Positions 1-13,669 of a stretch of 64,000 nt of DNA are shown in pieces. The notes below the pieces were generated by a model. It saw only the letters and a list, made by a program, of their open reading frames with translations, was not told the origin of the DNA and searched no databases. Each line of letters starts with the position of its first letter. Within the stretch, counting starts at the first letter, position 1. A program made the position numbers and the translations under genes. The stretch is from Vicugna vicugna (taxonomy: Eukaryota), in NCBI GenBank assembly GCA_013265495.1, contig MU058531.1, positions 1,362,911-1,426,910 of the forward strand. The letters run 5' to 3'.

Positions 1-2229
1 ACTCAGGTTCCTGAGACATGGAATTTTGTGAAACTAATACTCATTTGAGCTATGAAACTTCATCTTTTCAACTTATGTCCCCAAAGTTTCCCATTATTTT
101 AGTTCTCTTGAACTATCTAATTTTACTGAACTAAAAATGAAATTTTAAATGATAATTAAGGCCATTATTTATGAATCAGGGATTTTTAATAATTACCAAT
201 TTCGGCCCTTGAGAAATCTCTGCTCCGTATTGATCTCTACTCCATTCTTAACAGTTGCGTGTGCGTGTGTGTGTATGTGTTTAATTAATCATCCATCCCC
301 AAGTGAAAGATAAAACGCCAGACTAGGTGAAGCCGGATAACAGCAGCAGCTAAATGTGGCTGTGGGCTTGCTTACTGGGCCTGCCCTGGGCTCTTGAGTT
401 AGCGCTTCGAATAGATAAATGACCATGACCTAAATTTAGTAATGCTCCAAGAAAACTTGAACATGCCTCTGAGGAAAGTTTGTCTAATAAGAAAAGACTA
501 AGTGTTAGTATAGTAAGGATTAGTGTTGAGTACAAAGATGATCTGTAGTCAGCCTTAATCCATAGGTTAATCAGAGCATTTCTTTAAAATCTCTGTTCTT
601 TTCTCTCAGAAATTAGTCTTTATCCTTATTTCCTAAGGATGAAGGCGCTAAGAAAGGAGAACTATAATTACATAACAAACTTAACCAGCAGATTTACCTT
701 TGATGTTGCAGTTTTAGGGTTGGGACAAATGAATGTATGTTAAGTATTAAAAGAACCATTTCAAATAAAAAAATGTTAAATTGGCAAACTAACATTTCCC
801 TCAGTCTCATTGTCAGTGCTGTGATAATGGAAATGCCTACACTGTCATTAAAATGTGTGGTTCTGGTTTTTTTTTTTTTGTACTCCAGTGTACTTCTATT
901 TAATTCTATTTTTTCTTTAAATAGAAACAAACAGTATTGCAAATGGCAGGTTGGTAAAATTAGCATGTTATACGTTACAAATGTGTTGAGATTATCATGT
1001 TATTTCATTAGTAAGAGGTACGTATCCACTTTCATCACATAAACCAAATATTAACCCCCCAAAAAGACTTTCTTGGTCATATTCCACTGAGTTAAGATCA
1101 TTATATAATAGATACCACCCCCCACACCCCACCCAACACACACACAAATCCAGCCTTTTACTGATGGGATCATTTCAGTGTTTCCTATAGCCAGTTAGGT
1201 ATCCATTTTTCCCCCAAACACAGACATCACCTCATTGCTGTGGCTAATTGCATTTTCCTTCCTAGCCTTTGACAACCAGACCTTTGTTAATGCTGTTCAT
1301 CAGTATATTAGACTTAGGTCATCCTTCCAAAACATTACAGAAGACCCAGATGCTGATGTAAATTGTGCTCCCCAAAAGTACTGTCCTCCTCCTCCATGCA
1401 GATATATCCCTGACCCCCTCCCATTTTTGTTCACTCTTCCTGTTTTCACTGAATCTGTCATGCTTGGAAAAAAGTATTTATTCATAGGCTTTAAGAAACA
1501 TTATGCTTTGTTTACTTAATAAATCAAATAATCAGTTAATTATGAAGTTACATAAAATTTTTATACAAAATTTAGCAATTGCTTATTCCAGTTGAACTTC
1601 AAAATTAGATTCATTTTCCAGAGTAAAGACTTCCTTCTATTCAAAATGTGTTGCTTCTTAATACACACTGGTTAAGTCCTGGGTTTTTAGTAATGGAATA
1701 AGCAAAATTAGCCACCATAAAGGCCAAGAGAAAATGATTTAGGGAAAAAGATCCCTCTCCTTACGTTTTGCAGTTGAGGGCAGAGGGTGAGTAAATAATT
1801 TAACTGAGCTGGTGAGATGTGTCTAGGTGGTTCAGCTGCTTTTAGCTTCACAGCTGATTGGGGCATGAATTGTAGTGATGCCCCTGCCTTTAGTTATAAC
1901 ACATACATACATGGCTTTTTGCTTTTACGTGGCACTGATGCCTGCTTACTTCCTGAGAAATAAAGCTGTTCTTAAACTCTAACCTAAAGTATTAGAGAAC
2001 AACTGGAATAAGATCAAATTTTCAAAAATTCACACACATTTCCTTTTCTTTCTTCAACACTTCATTGTGGATTATAGTTCTGTCAGAAAGTTGAACTTGT
2101 GATTAATAGGATGCACCTATAGCCAAAAATCAGCTAGAAAATTTCAAGGAAAAACTTACCACTATTTTACTAAAAGAAAATATTATGTGTGTAGCTTTAT
2201 ACTATTAAGTTTTTTAAATTTGTGAAAAT

Positions 2230-2770
2230 TTCCTGAAATAGACAGTTTTCTGGGAAAATACCAGTGGACCAAAATTTACCCCAAAAAAGAGGAAAACGTA
2301 AATTACTAAGTCATGAAAGACATAAAAAAAATTATTAAAGAATTGCTTCCTTAAAGGATACCTAGATATAAAACTACTTTTAACGGTCCATAGTCTCAGA
2401 TTTTCAAGGAATGAATCATTGCCATTCTAAATTGTTTTAAATCATTGAAAAAGATGGAATTTTCCAAATTATTTTGCAAAAGTAACAATCGTGATAGCAA
2501 AAAACTGACAGAGGTCCCCCAACTAGAAAATGAGTATTATATCTCATTTTGAATATAAACACAAAAGTGATAATAAAATACACTAAAATAATATGCTAAA
2601 AGAATAATAAACCAAGATGAAATAGTATTTCTATCAGAAATGCAAGAATGGCTTAATATTGGGGGAAAGGAATTTTATATATGTATATTAGAAACATATT
2701 TTTTACACACACATTAAGTCAAATAAATATCAGTAGGTGCCAAAAAGGCATTTGATAAAATTCAGTAAGT
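2230..2770 (+). mobile_element. Old L1 ORF2 fragment (L1M type)
   Basis: A-rich degenerate ORF2-like sequence, e.g. aatgcaagaatggcttaatatt and aaaaggcatttgataaaattca (KAFDKI motif). Confidence 0.7.
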
Positions 2771-2779
2771 CCTATTTTT

Positions 2780-3100
2780 TCTACCAGCTTCTCCTTTCGA
2801 AATGTTTCAAAACAACAAAAAAGTTGAAATAATACAGAAGAACCTTCTTTTTCTTTTACTTAGCTTTACCAGTTAACATTTTGCTTCATTTTTTGCCCCC
2901 TTTCCCTTTCTTCCTCTTCCCCATCCTCATCTTGTTAGTTTCCTTATAAATCTATCTGTTGTTTCTTTATGGAACACTTGAAAGTAAATTGTAAGTATCA
3001 TGACATTGACCCTTAAATACTAAGATCAAAGCCCTTCTCATATATAACCAAGATACCACTTCACACACAAGAAATTTAAATAGGATATCAAATATCCCAG
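2780..3100 (-). mobile_element. Old L1 3' end fragment (L1MC/ME-like)
   Basis: aaaaagttgaaataataca...gttaacattttgcttcatt...ttgaaagtaaattgtaagtatcatgacatt resembles an antisense L1MC/ME 3' end. Confidence 0.55.
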
Positions 3101-3409
3101 AGATGTCAGTCCTCCTATAATTAAATTATGAAGTTTAAAATAGTTTCAAATACACTTTTACCAGCTTGTTTAACCTGACAAAGTCAATCATTCTGAAGTC
3201 CATCAAGAACTACAGATTGGTGCTTCTGGTCAGTCACATTTTAAATGACTGGTCAGGGGCACACGCACCGCGACATAGTGAAGTGTATTTTAAACCGAAG
3301 TAATTAAAATAGTACATTAACTTAAACACAGACACACGAATAAAAAAAAGAGCTCAGTAGTACGTATGAATCTATAGAGTATTTCCAATGAGTGGAGGGT
3401 AAAAAGAGT

Positions 3410-3860
3410 CATTACCACATATCTGTTGAGCCCTTCAGTATGCCCTGGGCACTCTTTTAGGCCCTGAGAACACAAGTAAAAATGAAAAAAAAAAAAAGTG
3501 TTCCTCCCATGGAGTTTGTACTCTAATGACGGTAACCAATGAAAAATAAATGAGTAAGGTATATAGTGGTGGAAGAAAAAGTAGATAGAGTATTTTAGGT
3601 AAGATAGCCAAGGGAAGACTTCTCTTTCAGGTGGTGATTTCTGATCAACAAGAAGTGAGAGTCATAGGCATGTGTCTCCCTGGGGAAGGGCACTCCAGCC
3701 CGAGGCAACACAGCGCAGAGCTCTAGAGGGGAGGTCACGTCTGGCTGTTTGAGGGCTGCAAGGCGGCCGAGGGGCCTGGCGCGGAGGCAGTAGTGGCGGG
3801 GGAATCGGTGAACTTGGAGCGGAGATGTTGGGGGTGGGGTGTGACCTAGTAGGGTTTGTT
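3410..3860 (-). mobile_element. L2 fragment
   Basis: gttgagcccttcagtatgccctgggcactcttttaggccctgag followed by purine-rich antisense L2 body. Confidence 0.7.
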
Positions 3861-3989
3861 TTCAGTTAATGGTACTGAGACTGTTGGTGGTGGTGACGGA
3901 GGAGGAAGGGTTCGGTCCATATCTCCCATTACATGAGTTTGTCATTAAAATGCTACATATAAAAATGATACCATCAAATATCAGGAGGA

Positions 3990-4800
3990 AGACATAGCTG
4001 AATAATCTCAGAATGGGGATGGACTTTCTCACTGTACATGTACAAGGAAAAAGACAAACTATTAATATTGAAAAGAACATGGCAAAAATACCATAAATAA
4101 GGAATATTTGTAACATATGACAGAAAGACTTGATGTCCTTAATACATGAAGAATCTATATAAATCTGTAGGACAAAAGTTCACATTTTCATAGGAAAATG
4201 AACAAGACATGATTAGACAAGTCACAAAAGAAAGAAACACACTGGCTAATAAGTGTACAGAGATGGTTAACTTCTTTAGAAGTCGAGAAATGAAAGAAAT
4301 AAAATACTATTTTATGCTTATTCAATTTCCAAGTTGAGAGAGAGAAAAGGAATAGTACTCACGATTGATGAGGCTGTTGAAGAATGAGCACCCATATTTC
4401 TTCGAGAAATGTGAAAATAGAACAACTTCGTTAAGTCCAGTGTGACAGCATTTATAAAAAGCCCTTTAAAATGTTGGTGCTGTCTGAATCAGCAGTCCCA
4501 CTCCTGGGAACTAACGCTGGAGGTGCAGGGGAGGTGGGAAGCTTATGGAACTTTTAAATGGACAGAATTCTTACATGGACAGAATTACTTGCCAAACAAT
4601 ATGTGTAGCATGATTCGGTTTTTGAAAAGAAAAATCACACATAGACAAAAAGAGTAGATGGATATACAGATATACACTAAAATGTCTATGGTGGTTATCT
4701 TTGGATGGTGGGGTTTACATGATTTTCCTTTTTCCCTTGGTGCTTTTCTGTATGTTCCAAATCTACAGTAAAACCACGCTACTTGTATGATTTTTTTTAA
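3990..4800 (+). mobile_element. Old L1ME-like ORF2 end and 3' UTR
   Basis: Degenerate L1 motifs: tttgtaacatatgacagaaagacttgatgtccttaata, cagcagtcccactcctgggaa, gtggttatctttggatggtgggg. Confidence 0.7.
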
Positions 4801-6737
4801 GGAAAACAGTATGTAGTCAAGTTTATCATTTCTAAGATTAATCACATTTGAAATACATACTTTGGAAGTCTGTATTCTTTATTTTAGTAAATGATGAAAC
4901 TGAGGACTGGCAGCTCTCAGAAATGTAGATCCATTCAGTGCGGTCAGTTAACCCAGTGCACGCTTCCCTATAGTGAGTGCAGTGCCATTTTACTTCAGAT
5001 AGCAGACAGAAACACAAACAGAACTTAGAATATACCTTAACAATTTCCGGTATTGTAACACCAATAAAATGCTTAAACTTCATGTTGTCATAGAACACAC
5101 ACACAAAAATGCTTCCTCGGTGGGGAAGACAAAACCATTTTCAGCCAAAAACTGAAATTCCAATCACTGACAACCAAGCCATTTTACTTCCCTCTCTGCC
5201 TTCATCCTAGTAGAACCGGTGATGGATTCTTCTATACATGATGAATGGATTCTTGAATGAGTGGCGTAATTATTTGCAGAAAGTGTACAGATTCAAGAGT
5301 CAGGAATGGAAAGCAAAGCTAGAAAGATTGTCATGAGAGGCGAGCAGCGGGTCGGGCCAGCAGGATGGGCAGTAGTCATGTTAGGGTGGCAGGCTGTCTA
5401 GGTAACAGGCTCCAAGCCTGGCTGAACCTCACAAAGCCCAGGGAGCTTCGTAGAACGCAGATTTCCGGGCCCCGCTCACAGATGCTCAGGGAAGTGAGTA
5501 AAATTTAAAATAAAAACAAGTAAGCAGAATGTAACCAAAATAGATTTAGACCATGGAAGCCCTGAAAGACTGCCTGTAACTTTTACCCCAGCCCTCAGCG
5601 ACCTGTGGTGGTGCCACCTCGCTGCTTCAGCTGGGCATAGCGAAATCTAGGAATTTTCATTCCTACCCTCCAGTCCCATCCTGTGCTGAATGGTCAGAGA
5701 GACTTCCCGGCACGGAACACAGCTGGGATGCCTATGGAAAGGGGCATTTTCAGGGTTATGGAATCTCAGTCCACCCCTTTTGTCTGTAGGACAGAAGACC
5801 ATTCTCTGCACTGGGCGTTTGCATTCACCCACATGGGGATGAGGGGAGAACAGCCAGGGGCCATCTCACCCCTTTCTTGATTTCCTTAAAGTAGCTTCTG
5901 GAAGTTTCATTTTAAAAAGGGGAATCTACAGCTTTAAGAAAAGGAAAACCGTTGGTTCTGCAGACCCTTTCTAACTGTGATTTTGAAGTTCTACATGATG
6001 TGGCCAAACCGGGAAAACCAGACGGAGAGGTAGCAGTGCGACTCTCATCCACAGGAAGCTGTTTCCTCTCCAGTGCTGCATGTTCATGTGTGATTCCTTC
6101 CCTGCGCAGAGCAGCCTGAAGGGCACTGTGAACTCAGCTATGTAATAGTCAAATCTGAATGTTTAATAGTATCAGCTGACTATTAAAAGGAGGCAGTCAC
6201 CTAAACGTTTCACGTAACTATTAGCTACTTATTTTCAACATTTTTTATAAAGGACCATTAAAATACATTTTAACTGCTTAAAGTGACAAACTTACTTACA
6301 ATGTGTGATTTGTGAACACTACCCCAGTTTCAGAGATTCATGGCAGGTGGTCTCTTTGTTAACCTGCGACTCCGGGGGGGCTGTCACCAACCAGAGCGCT
6401 GATGGAGTCTGGGTGAATGAGTGAACACCTCTAAGCAGGTGGGCAGCTCTCTGTCCTCCACAGGCCCTGCCTCACTCTCCATGTTAACATCAGTACCGTA
6501 CCCATGTGCCACCAGCATGACACATCTGTGAGCCTTTTGAACTTGACCTTTGTTGTATATTATGGAAAATTTGTCTGATTCTAGAAAATAATAGCAATTA
6601 AAAATTGTAATTACCATTATCACTAGTACCAGGGAATATTGTAGATCATAACCCCACATTCTAAAAATCTTTCATGTATAATTTATACTGGTTTTACATA
6701 AACAGAGCCTTATTCATCGTCTGTTTTTATTTTATAG

Positions 6738-6785
6738 TCATACCCCATGGTATTGCAGTATCGACCAAGAATTGATTTCGGTTAG
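6738..6785 (+). CDS. PCGF5: PCGF5 terminal coding exon (C-terminal 15 aa plus stop)
   Basis: Pyrimidine-rich acceptor ctgtttttattttatAG (AG 6736-6737), then tca tac ccc atg gta ttg cag tat cga cca aga att gat ttc ggt TAG = SYPMVLQYRPRIDFG*. I recognise this as the PCGF5 C-terminus (end of the RAWUL domain). Too short for the ORF track. Confidence 0.93.
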   Translation, partial: SYPMVLQYRPRIDFG

Positions 6786-8346
6786 ACCAAGGGGCGCAGA
6801 TCCCATCGAATGAATCCTGCACTATGTTTTACTCATCGACAGATTGACAGTGAACTATGTGGACTAGAGGGACACAACCAGATTCTCAGCATGCGAATAA
6901 GGCCGTTGTCTGTCTCTAAATTATCAGTTGCATTTATGTTGTTTCTATTAGGAGCAAACCAAGTGCCATTCTGCTACTGACCCATCTGCATACGGCATTT
7001 GTGCTGTCTCCCAGTGTACAATACAAGTCAAGGTCGAAATCAGCTAGGTGCGCAGCCGTGATTCGGCCTTCTGAATATTTTGCTTGCCTGTTCCAGGATT
7101 GTTCTAATGTTTGATTATTACACTAGTAAAATGGCTCAATCTTCGTGGTGTTGCAGTTTTCACATACTTACTATTTGATTAATTTTTTAAGTAGAGTACT
7201 GTACAAGAAACTAATAATTATTATATCTTGAAATTATTTTGTATGGGAAATATATTTAGAAAAGTGGTTTTGGAGCCACTGTCCTGTTCTCAGTAAGCTT
7301 TTTGTGTGCAAAATAGTTCACCCTTCAGTGTACACAAGTCCTTTGGGAAGAATTCCAATTATTCTTTAACATTAGAGCACAGTATACAGTATAATTGTAA
7401 GCATTTTAAGTCATCTGTCTCTGTAGTCGACCAATTGCACAAGGAGGGACCTGTTCACCCACCAGACTGAAAATGTGCATGACTTCTTGGAGAACTGAAG
7501 TGAGATTCACAACCATTCGAAATGTTGGCAGCTGATCACATTTACTTCTAACAAAATTAATGTGTAAGTGAGGTCAGTTTTTCATGATGCCTTACAACGA
7601 GCAGGTGCCGCTTCATGAAATGTCACCGTCATGTGTGTAGCCCCTCTGTGTGCACCATTGTACTGTGGCTCTTATCTAGCAAGTACATGGCTTCTCTTTT
7701 CAGTTGGCCTTAGGTGTGTGTCACTGTGGCATGCAGAAGGTTATGATGATTTTAAATATTAGGATTTTTAGAGCAGATAACTAGCTATTTTATGGATTTC
7801 AAAAATCTCAAAGCAATTATAGATGAAACCTGTTAGTTACCTGTCACATTTCCAAACCACATGCATAAACTAGAACAAATGCAGTGTAGTAGACCAATTA
7901 TACTAACCACATTGAATGGTTTGAGGATATTTCATTTCAGATCCTGTAGTAATCGGGGAAATGGGTTTACTGTTTTATACGTAAGTTCTTTAAGGTCAGA
8001 ACTATGATAATGTCCTTGATCTAGCAGTTTTGTTAAGTCTTCCATTCATTTTGAGATAAGTCTGCAAGTCAAAAAGTCTTGTTACCCTAAATTATATGAA
8101 GAACTTCACTTTAAACCTTTTAAAATTTGCAGTTGTTTTCATAAATTAAGTTTTATTAATTGCTTTAAAACAAAGTTAATGGATTCTGATATTCTTGGAA
8201 GTTGGGAAAAAATGTTTTAGAAATCTGACATGAGCACAATCTGTGTGTTATACACATAGCTTTTATACTGTATACATAGTAAATGTGCTACATTTTCTAG
8301 TAAAATGTATCACAAATTAATGCTTTCTGATCTCAAAATGCTTCTT

Positions 8347-8352
8347 AATAAA
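8347..8352 (+). terminator. Candidate proximal poly(A) signal
   Basis: AATAAA with upstream TGTA motifs (about 8269 and 8307); downstream GU element is weak. Confidence 0.35.
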
Positions 8353-11300
8353 ACATTGTACAACTCTAAGAAACATACAAAATACAGCTAAATCTTGATG
8401 CATTTCACAATATAAAAGGCTGAAACTTCATAATTATCTTTTCCATATATCTTGGTTTCAAGTCAAAAAGTCTAAAGTTTTCTGTTTTGGGTCTGACTTT
8501 TGTGAAAAAGGTTATGACAGTACTTTTAAAATTTCATTTTGTTAGATTGTGTTTGCGCTTGGAAGGGCTCACAAATGGAATTTGAAAGGCAGATTTTCAT
8601 TAACTCTTTCAAAATGGTTGAAACAAACCATTACACTAAACCAAAAGCTGAATTTACTCACTAGCTACCGAAATTATTCTGCTGTGCTGTGAAATCCAGT
8701 TCCCTGACTACCTTAAGCAATTTTTAAATTTCTTATAAATTTGTCACATCTAGGTTGGTGATTACATATGAAAGTTAATTAACTAAAAATGAATGGAGAG
8801 CGCATTTAAAAAAAAAAAAACGCAAACGAGACCTAGATGTTTTGGGGTCCCCAGCCAAAACTTACAGCCTTACGTGAGTTTTATATACAATCTCTTTAAA
8901 TTTGACCTGTTGCCTCATCCTATGTAATGTCACTATTTTCCAAGGAAATATATAGGAAGCAATTATGGAATTGAGAATAGTTTTATATAAAACTCCTTAA
9001 TGTTAACGTATTAACATTTTTACTGAAATGCAATGGAATATGTGCCAAAACATGTGAAAGCCTTGCATAACAAGGGGCATCAGTTGCCATGTGGGGAAAG
9101 GTACACATTTTATGATGGTCCTGAGTAATGTGGTAATAGTAGAACCACAGACTTCTCCCAACTTCTTTTGGTATATTCAACTATAATTTTCTAAGTATGG
9201 GACTACTTTCATGTCTAGTAATTCTCTAATCCCTAGTTAATTATCCCCTAAGTCAGGTTGTGGAATTTGCAAGAAACCAGGTATAGAAAAAATACACAGG
9301 CAAAAATATACAGGTGGTTAGTTTCACAAACTTAGGGTGCTAATAAAATAAACTCTTTATACAAATAACCTATGGGAATAATCATCTTGGAGAATAAAAC
9401 TAAATTAAGTTTTTCTTTAATCTCATTTCTTAAGCAACAAACTGATAAGAAATTTGTTTCCATAAAAGATTTTGTAAGTAATCTGTTTTCTCTGCTTTGG
9501 ATATCAAAGATGTACAAGGATCAAGGAACCTCAAATCTACAGAAGGTCTGTAGTTTATAGACATCACTTTAACTGAAGTAATCACATTAGTTAATAGAAA
9601 AATCCAAATATGGCCCTTTCTCTAGATTAATGAAATACTTTCAAGAAGTATGAAAAAATAAACTAAAAGATTCATTGATGAGGTACTATTAGGTTATTCA
9701 GTCTGGGGTCCAGGTACCTTGGGTAAATGTCTTTTAACTACTTTTAGAAGACTATATTATTTCTTTATTCATTGAAAACTTGTCCCATACTAATATGCCA
9801 CATTTTATAAATGTAATAAGTTTGCTCAACTATATTATTCACTTAAGTGTAAGCTAAATTAAAATGATTCTTTAAGGGGGAAAAAGTGTTATATAATATT
9901 GTGAACTGTTTAGCTTTATTGAACTATTTAAGAGAAAGTGCCTCATTGCTAAAGTGCATTTCTGTTTTAGATTTACTGCATAAATTTTGAGTTCTGTCCC
10001 TGTCTCTTATCAATGGTTTTGTATCTAAATAGGCTGTTGTAAGTTAGAGTAATCTCTTTTTGAAAGATTTTCATAGGAAAATAGATATCACCAAAGACAT
10101 TTTACTGTTAATAACCATGTTAGACAGTTTTAAATGTTTGGAGGTTGGAAATTTTTAGATTGCAATTTACTTTTATATAATTAGGCAATAACCTTGAGTA
10201 ATTGCTAAAATATCACCAAAGAAAGGCTTTAAACTGAATTTTCGTGGTAAGATCAATCAAATGCAGATTTTTCTTGCAGCAATCAGAGCACACTTCCTTT
10301 CAGTTACGTTCCTTGTTTTTCCAGCACCATCTGACAGATCTTAGGAAATCCTCAAAGGTGAGAAAGAGATTAACACAACAGATAGTCTCCCTCTGGATGA
10401 AAAGTGGGAGAAATCCCTACTCTGAAAGTGAAATTGAGATTTAGTTCCCAAGTTCTTAGTGACATGAGAAACTTTACACAAGACAGGCTTTAGTGAGAGT
10501 GCTGACATGCTTACTTGTGTAGAAAATAGTACATGCTGTTGGGCTTGCGTAAAAGTAAACAGCTTGTTCTGTATTCAAAGGCAAAATTTTCCTAAAGGCC
10601 TGTGGTTTTGGTTTTGGTTTTGGTTTTTTTTTCAAGTAACTCTTTGTCTTGTTTCTCAGCAATTACTTTATTGTTGTTAGAATCTAGCCATACAGCCGAA
10701 TTTGGCAAGACGGGTCCCAGATGAAAAGCATAAACGTCAAGTTAAGCGCTCTCCTCACACGGTTCTTTTGGGGGAGCTCGTGCTGTGGGCCACCTCCCGT
10801 GAAGCTCACACGATAACGTCTTTTCTGAGAGGCCACTAGGTAAACCTCCTTGGATAGGAAAAAAATGGATGCGCTCCATGACATACTCTGGTTTATCATG
10901 AGGAATTTCCCAGCAGGCTGTGCTTTATACCAGTGAGATATTGGTTGTAGGATTGCAAAAATGAGTGTTTGCCATATCTAAGTTTCTGGGTTAGAAACAC
11001 AAAAGCATGAAATGCTATTATTTTAAGATATATATATCCTTACAATAAGGAACATAACATGTCTGTCAGATCTGGTTTATGAAAAATTGAAAAATATTAA
11101 ATGTACTAGAGACTCAAACCCTTTGAAAGCACAAAATAACCAATCAATTCTGAATTTACTTGATACAGGTCAGTAGTATTTTGCTGAAAAAAACTTCAGG
11201 CTGAAAGTTCATTAAAATGTACTTAAATATACATTACAGGGTTTTCCTAGTTTTTCCTTAAAGCAATGTCATTTTCCCAACAATTTGAAAGTGATTCTCT

Positions 11301-11936
11301 TCCTAGTGTGAGGTGGTTTTCACGAGCAGTGTGTTTATTTGCTGTCCTTATTATATTTTTGAATAGAATTAAAATGCTTGAGCACTTCCTTTTCAGAAAG
11401 TTATAAAATTAAACAAAAATAAATTATTTTAAGTGTTCATTAAAATGTACCTATACTTGTTATGCCCCTTTTTCTAGGATTCAGAACTTGAGACACTGTT
11501 CAGAAATGATTTTTAAGTATTTTAAAAATCTAGAACCTAGAAATCTAAATCTAGAGTCAAGTGAACCATTAAAAATACTGGGTCCAGTGTTCTTCCATCT
11601 TTCAGAGCTTCATGGAATACGAAACTGACCCAGTATGAATTGAAGATTAAATATTTCTGGGCGATGTAGAGATAATAAACAGGATATTTATGCATGGACT
11701 TCCCATCAGTCCATGCAGCAGGAGTTCTACACATTAGAAATTGAATGGGCTCAGCCGAACATTGTGTGGGGTCAGTTTCTTTTGCTGTATTTTTTTGAAT
11801 GGGGAGGGGGTCCCAAGTGTCCTTATGAAGCTGTGGTCAGCGCCGAGAGCTTGTGGGGGGGGCACCAGTGTCCTGCTGCGTTCCTTCATCTGGCAGCACA
11901 ACGAGCACCGTCTTCAGCAGAGTAGCCCTCACTTTA

Positions 11937-12416
11937 AATAAAACCATCATAGGCTATATTGTACAGTTATGTTGCAGATTTTCCTTTGAAATATAAAATA
12001 TTTTAAGCTTTTTGTTGTTGTCGTCGTGGTTGTTAAAAGTGGTAACATCTTAATACAAATAAAAACCTTTTTGTGGTTGTAAGATTTAGCTTATAAATCA
12101 TTCAAATTGAAGTGAAAGATTACCAGGTCATTGTTAATGACTTAGTCTATTAAGAATATATGTATTTTTGTAAAGGAAAAGCACTTGTAGATATTTAATC
12201 AGTACTATATGTCTGTTTTGCAGAAATAAAATGCTGCTTAGAGATCCTCTTTAAATATTTTATATTTTTGTGCTCAAATGTATTTTCTGTTGATCTAGGG
12301 AATGTTCTGTACAAAGCTGTGTGGTTGTGCTGTTGGGCTAGATACTTTTGTTTTTTAAAATCTGGACTTAGCCAAGTATATTTGACCATGTTAAAAATAG
12401 TATCTTTGTTATTAAA
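11937..12416 (+). terminator. Distal polyadenylation signal cluster
   Basis: AATAAA at 11937, 12058 and 12225, and ATTAAA at 12411, each followed by U/GU-rich sequence (e.g. ttttgttgttgtcgtcgtggttgtt near 12010; atttattgtctgtcatcctttgt near 12431). Confidence 0.65.
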
Positions 12417-13669
12417 AAGTCGATTGCATAATTTATTGTCTGTCATCCTTTGTATCAGTGGTTGCAGATCACAGCCTCCATTGTACAGCCTCCACTAAGT
12501 ACTATTGTAGCAATTTTATGAATGCTGAATATTTGAGGTGCTAAGCATTTCCTAAAGACTTTCTGAGCTGTTTAGTTTTAAGATGTCACACTGACCCTTG
12601 AATAACACTTGAGGTGTACGGACACTTCAGCACAATTTCTCATTTTGTTAAGTTAATCAGATCCAAATCATCTTTTCAAAATAATTATCAAAGGCCCAAG
12701 TGATTTGAAAGACAGACTGCTTTCTTTAGCAGGTTAGATAGCAGCTTGGTTTTATTAATGCCTTGCCTCAGGAAATTCTATCTGGGTAAAGTGAGACTCA
12801 GATGTCTGCCTAAAGCTTTGTCTTAGATGAGTGATACCAAGGAGGTGGCTGGAGACCCCAGGCAGTCGCCGAGATGCGAGATATACGGAGCAGCATCCTC
12901 CAAGCAGCACCCCCTCCCTCCGCCTTCTGGCTTTCCCCTGCTCAAGGCTGTTGCAGGGAAGGCAGACCCGAGAGGGCCACGCGTGGGAAGCGCTCAAAAC
13001 AGAGCCCAAGTTACTTGTATCCCGTGTCGTGGGCCAGAACCAGTGAGGGCCTTGGAAGGCTGGAGGTCGCCCCAAGGAAAAGAGAAAACAGTTTTGCAGC
13101 CTGCTCATCAGTCCCCGTCTCACCTCCACTTGAGGAAAGGCTCAGTTCACCCAGTTGTGTTTTGTCAGCACAGACTCAGCCCTGCCCTTTTCACCAGTTT
13201 AGTAAGGTGTGGAGAAGTCTGCACCCCAGTGAGGCCTGAGAAGCCAGGGGCCCACCTCTGATGGTTATGGCGCAGAGGGGTACTTTGCTGAAAGCCACGT
13301 AGAACCCCGCTTGACACCCAGTCCCCTGCTGTGGGCTTTGGGGTGCTGGGGTTGCCATCAAATGGAGCATCACACTCCGAGAGGAGAAATAGCAAATGCT
13401 CACCCTCAGCCCCTCCCCCAACCAACGCCCTGTTCCTACAGCCAGCTGAGCTGGACTTTCTCCTTCTGTAACACTTTTATCACAACCACAGTAATTGGTG
13501 TTTGTCCTCACATTCGATTCCAAGCTTTGAGAAGGATGTTGACAGTCATTGTGTGTCCTCCCCCTCACAACACATTTGCTACTGACACCCATAAAACCGA
13601 TGTAGTGGAAGAATCCAGATTTCAGAAAGCAGAGGCAGTGCTAACAAAAGAGTCCAGCCATGTCCCCAA

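Larger units (their letters stand above)
1..6737 (+). other. PCGF5: Last intron of PCGF5 (5' part lies outside the window)
   Basis: Ends at the acceptor AG of the terminal exon. No upstream PCGF5 coding exon recognised in 1-6737; contains old L1/L2 fragments. Confidence 0.8.
6786..12435 (+). other. PCGF5: PCGF5 long 3' UTR (end approximate)
   Basis: AT-rich stretch after the stop codon with no recognisable interspersed repeats. Ends in clustered poly(A) signals, after which GC content and repeat density rise. Confidence 0.75.
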
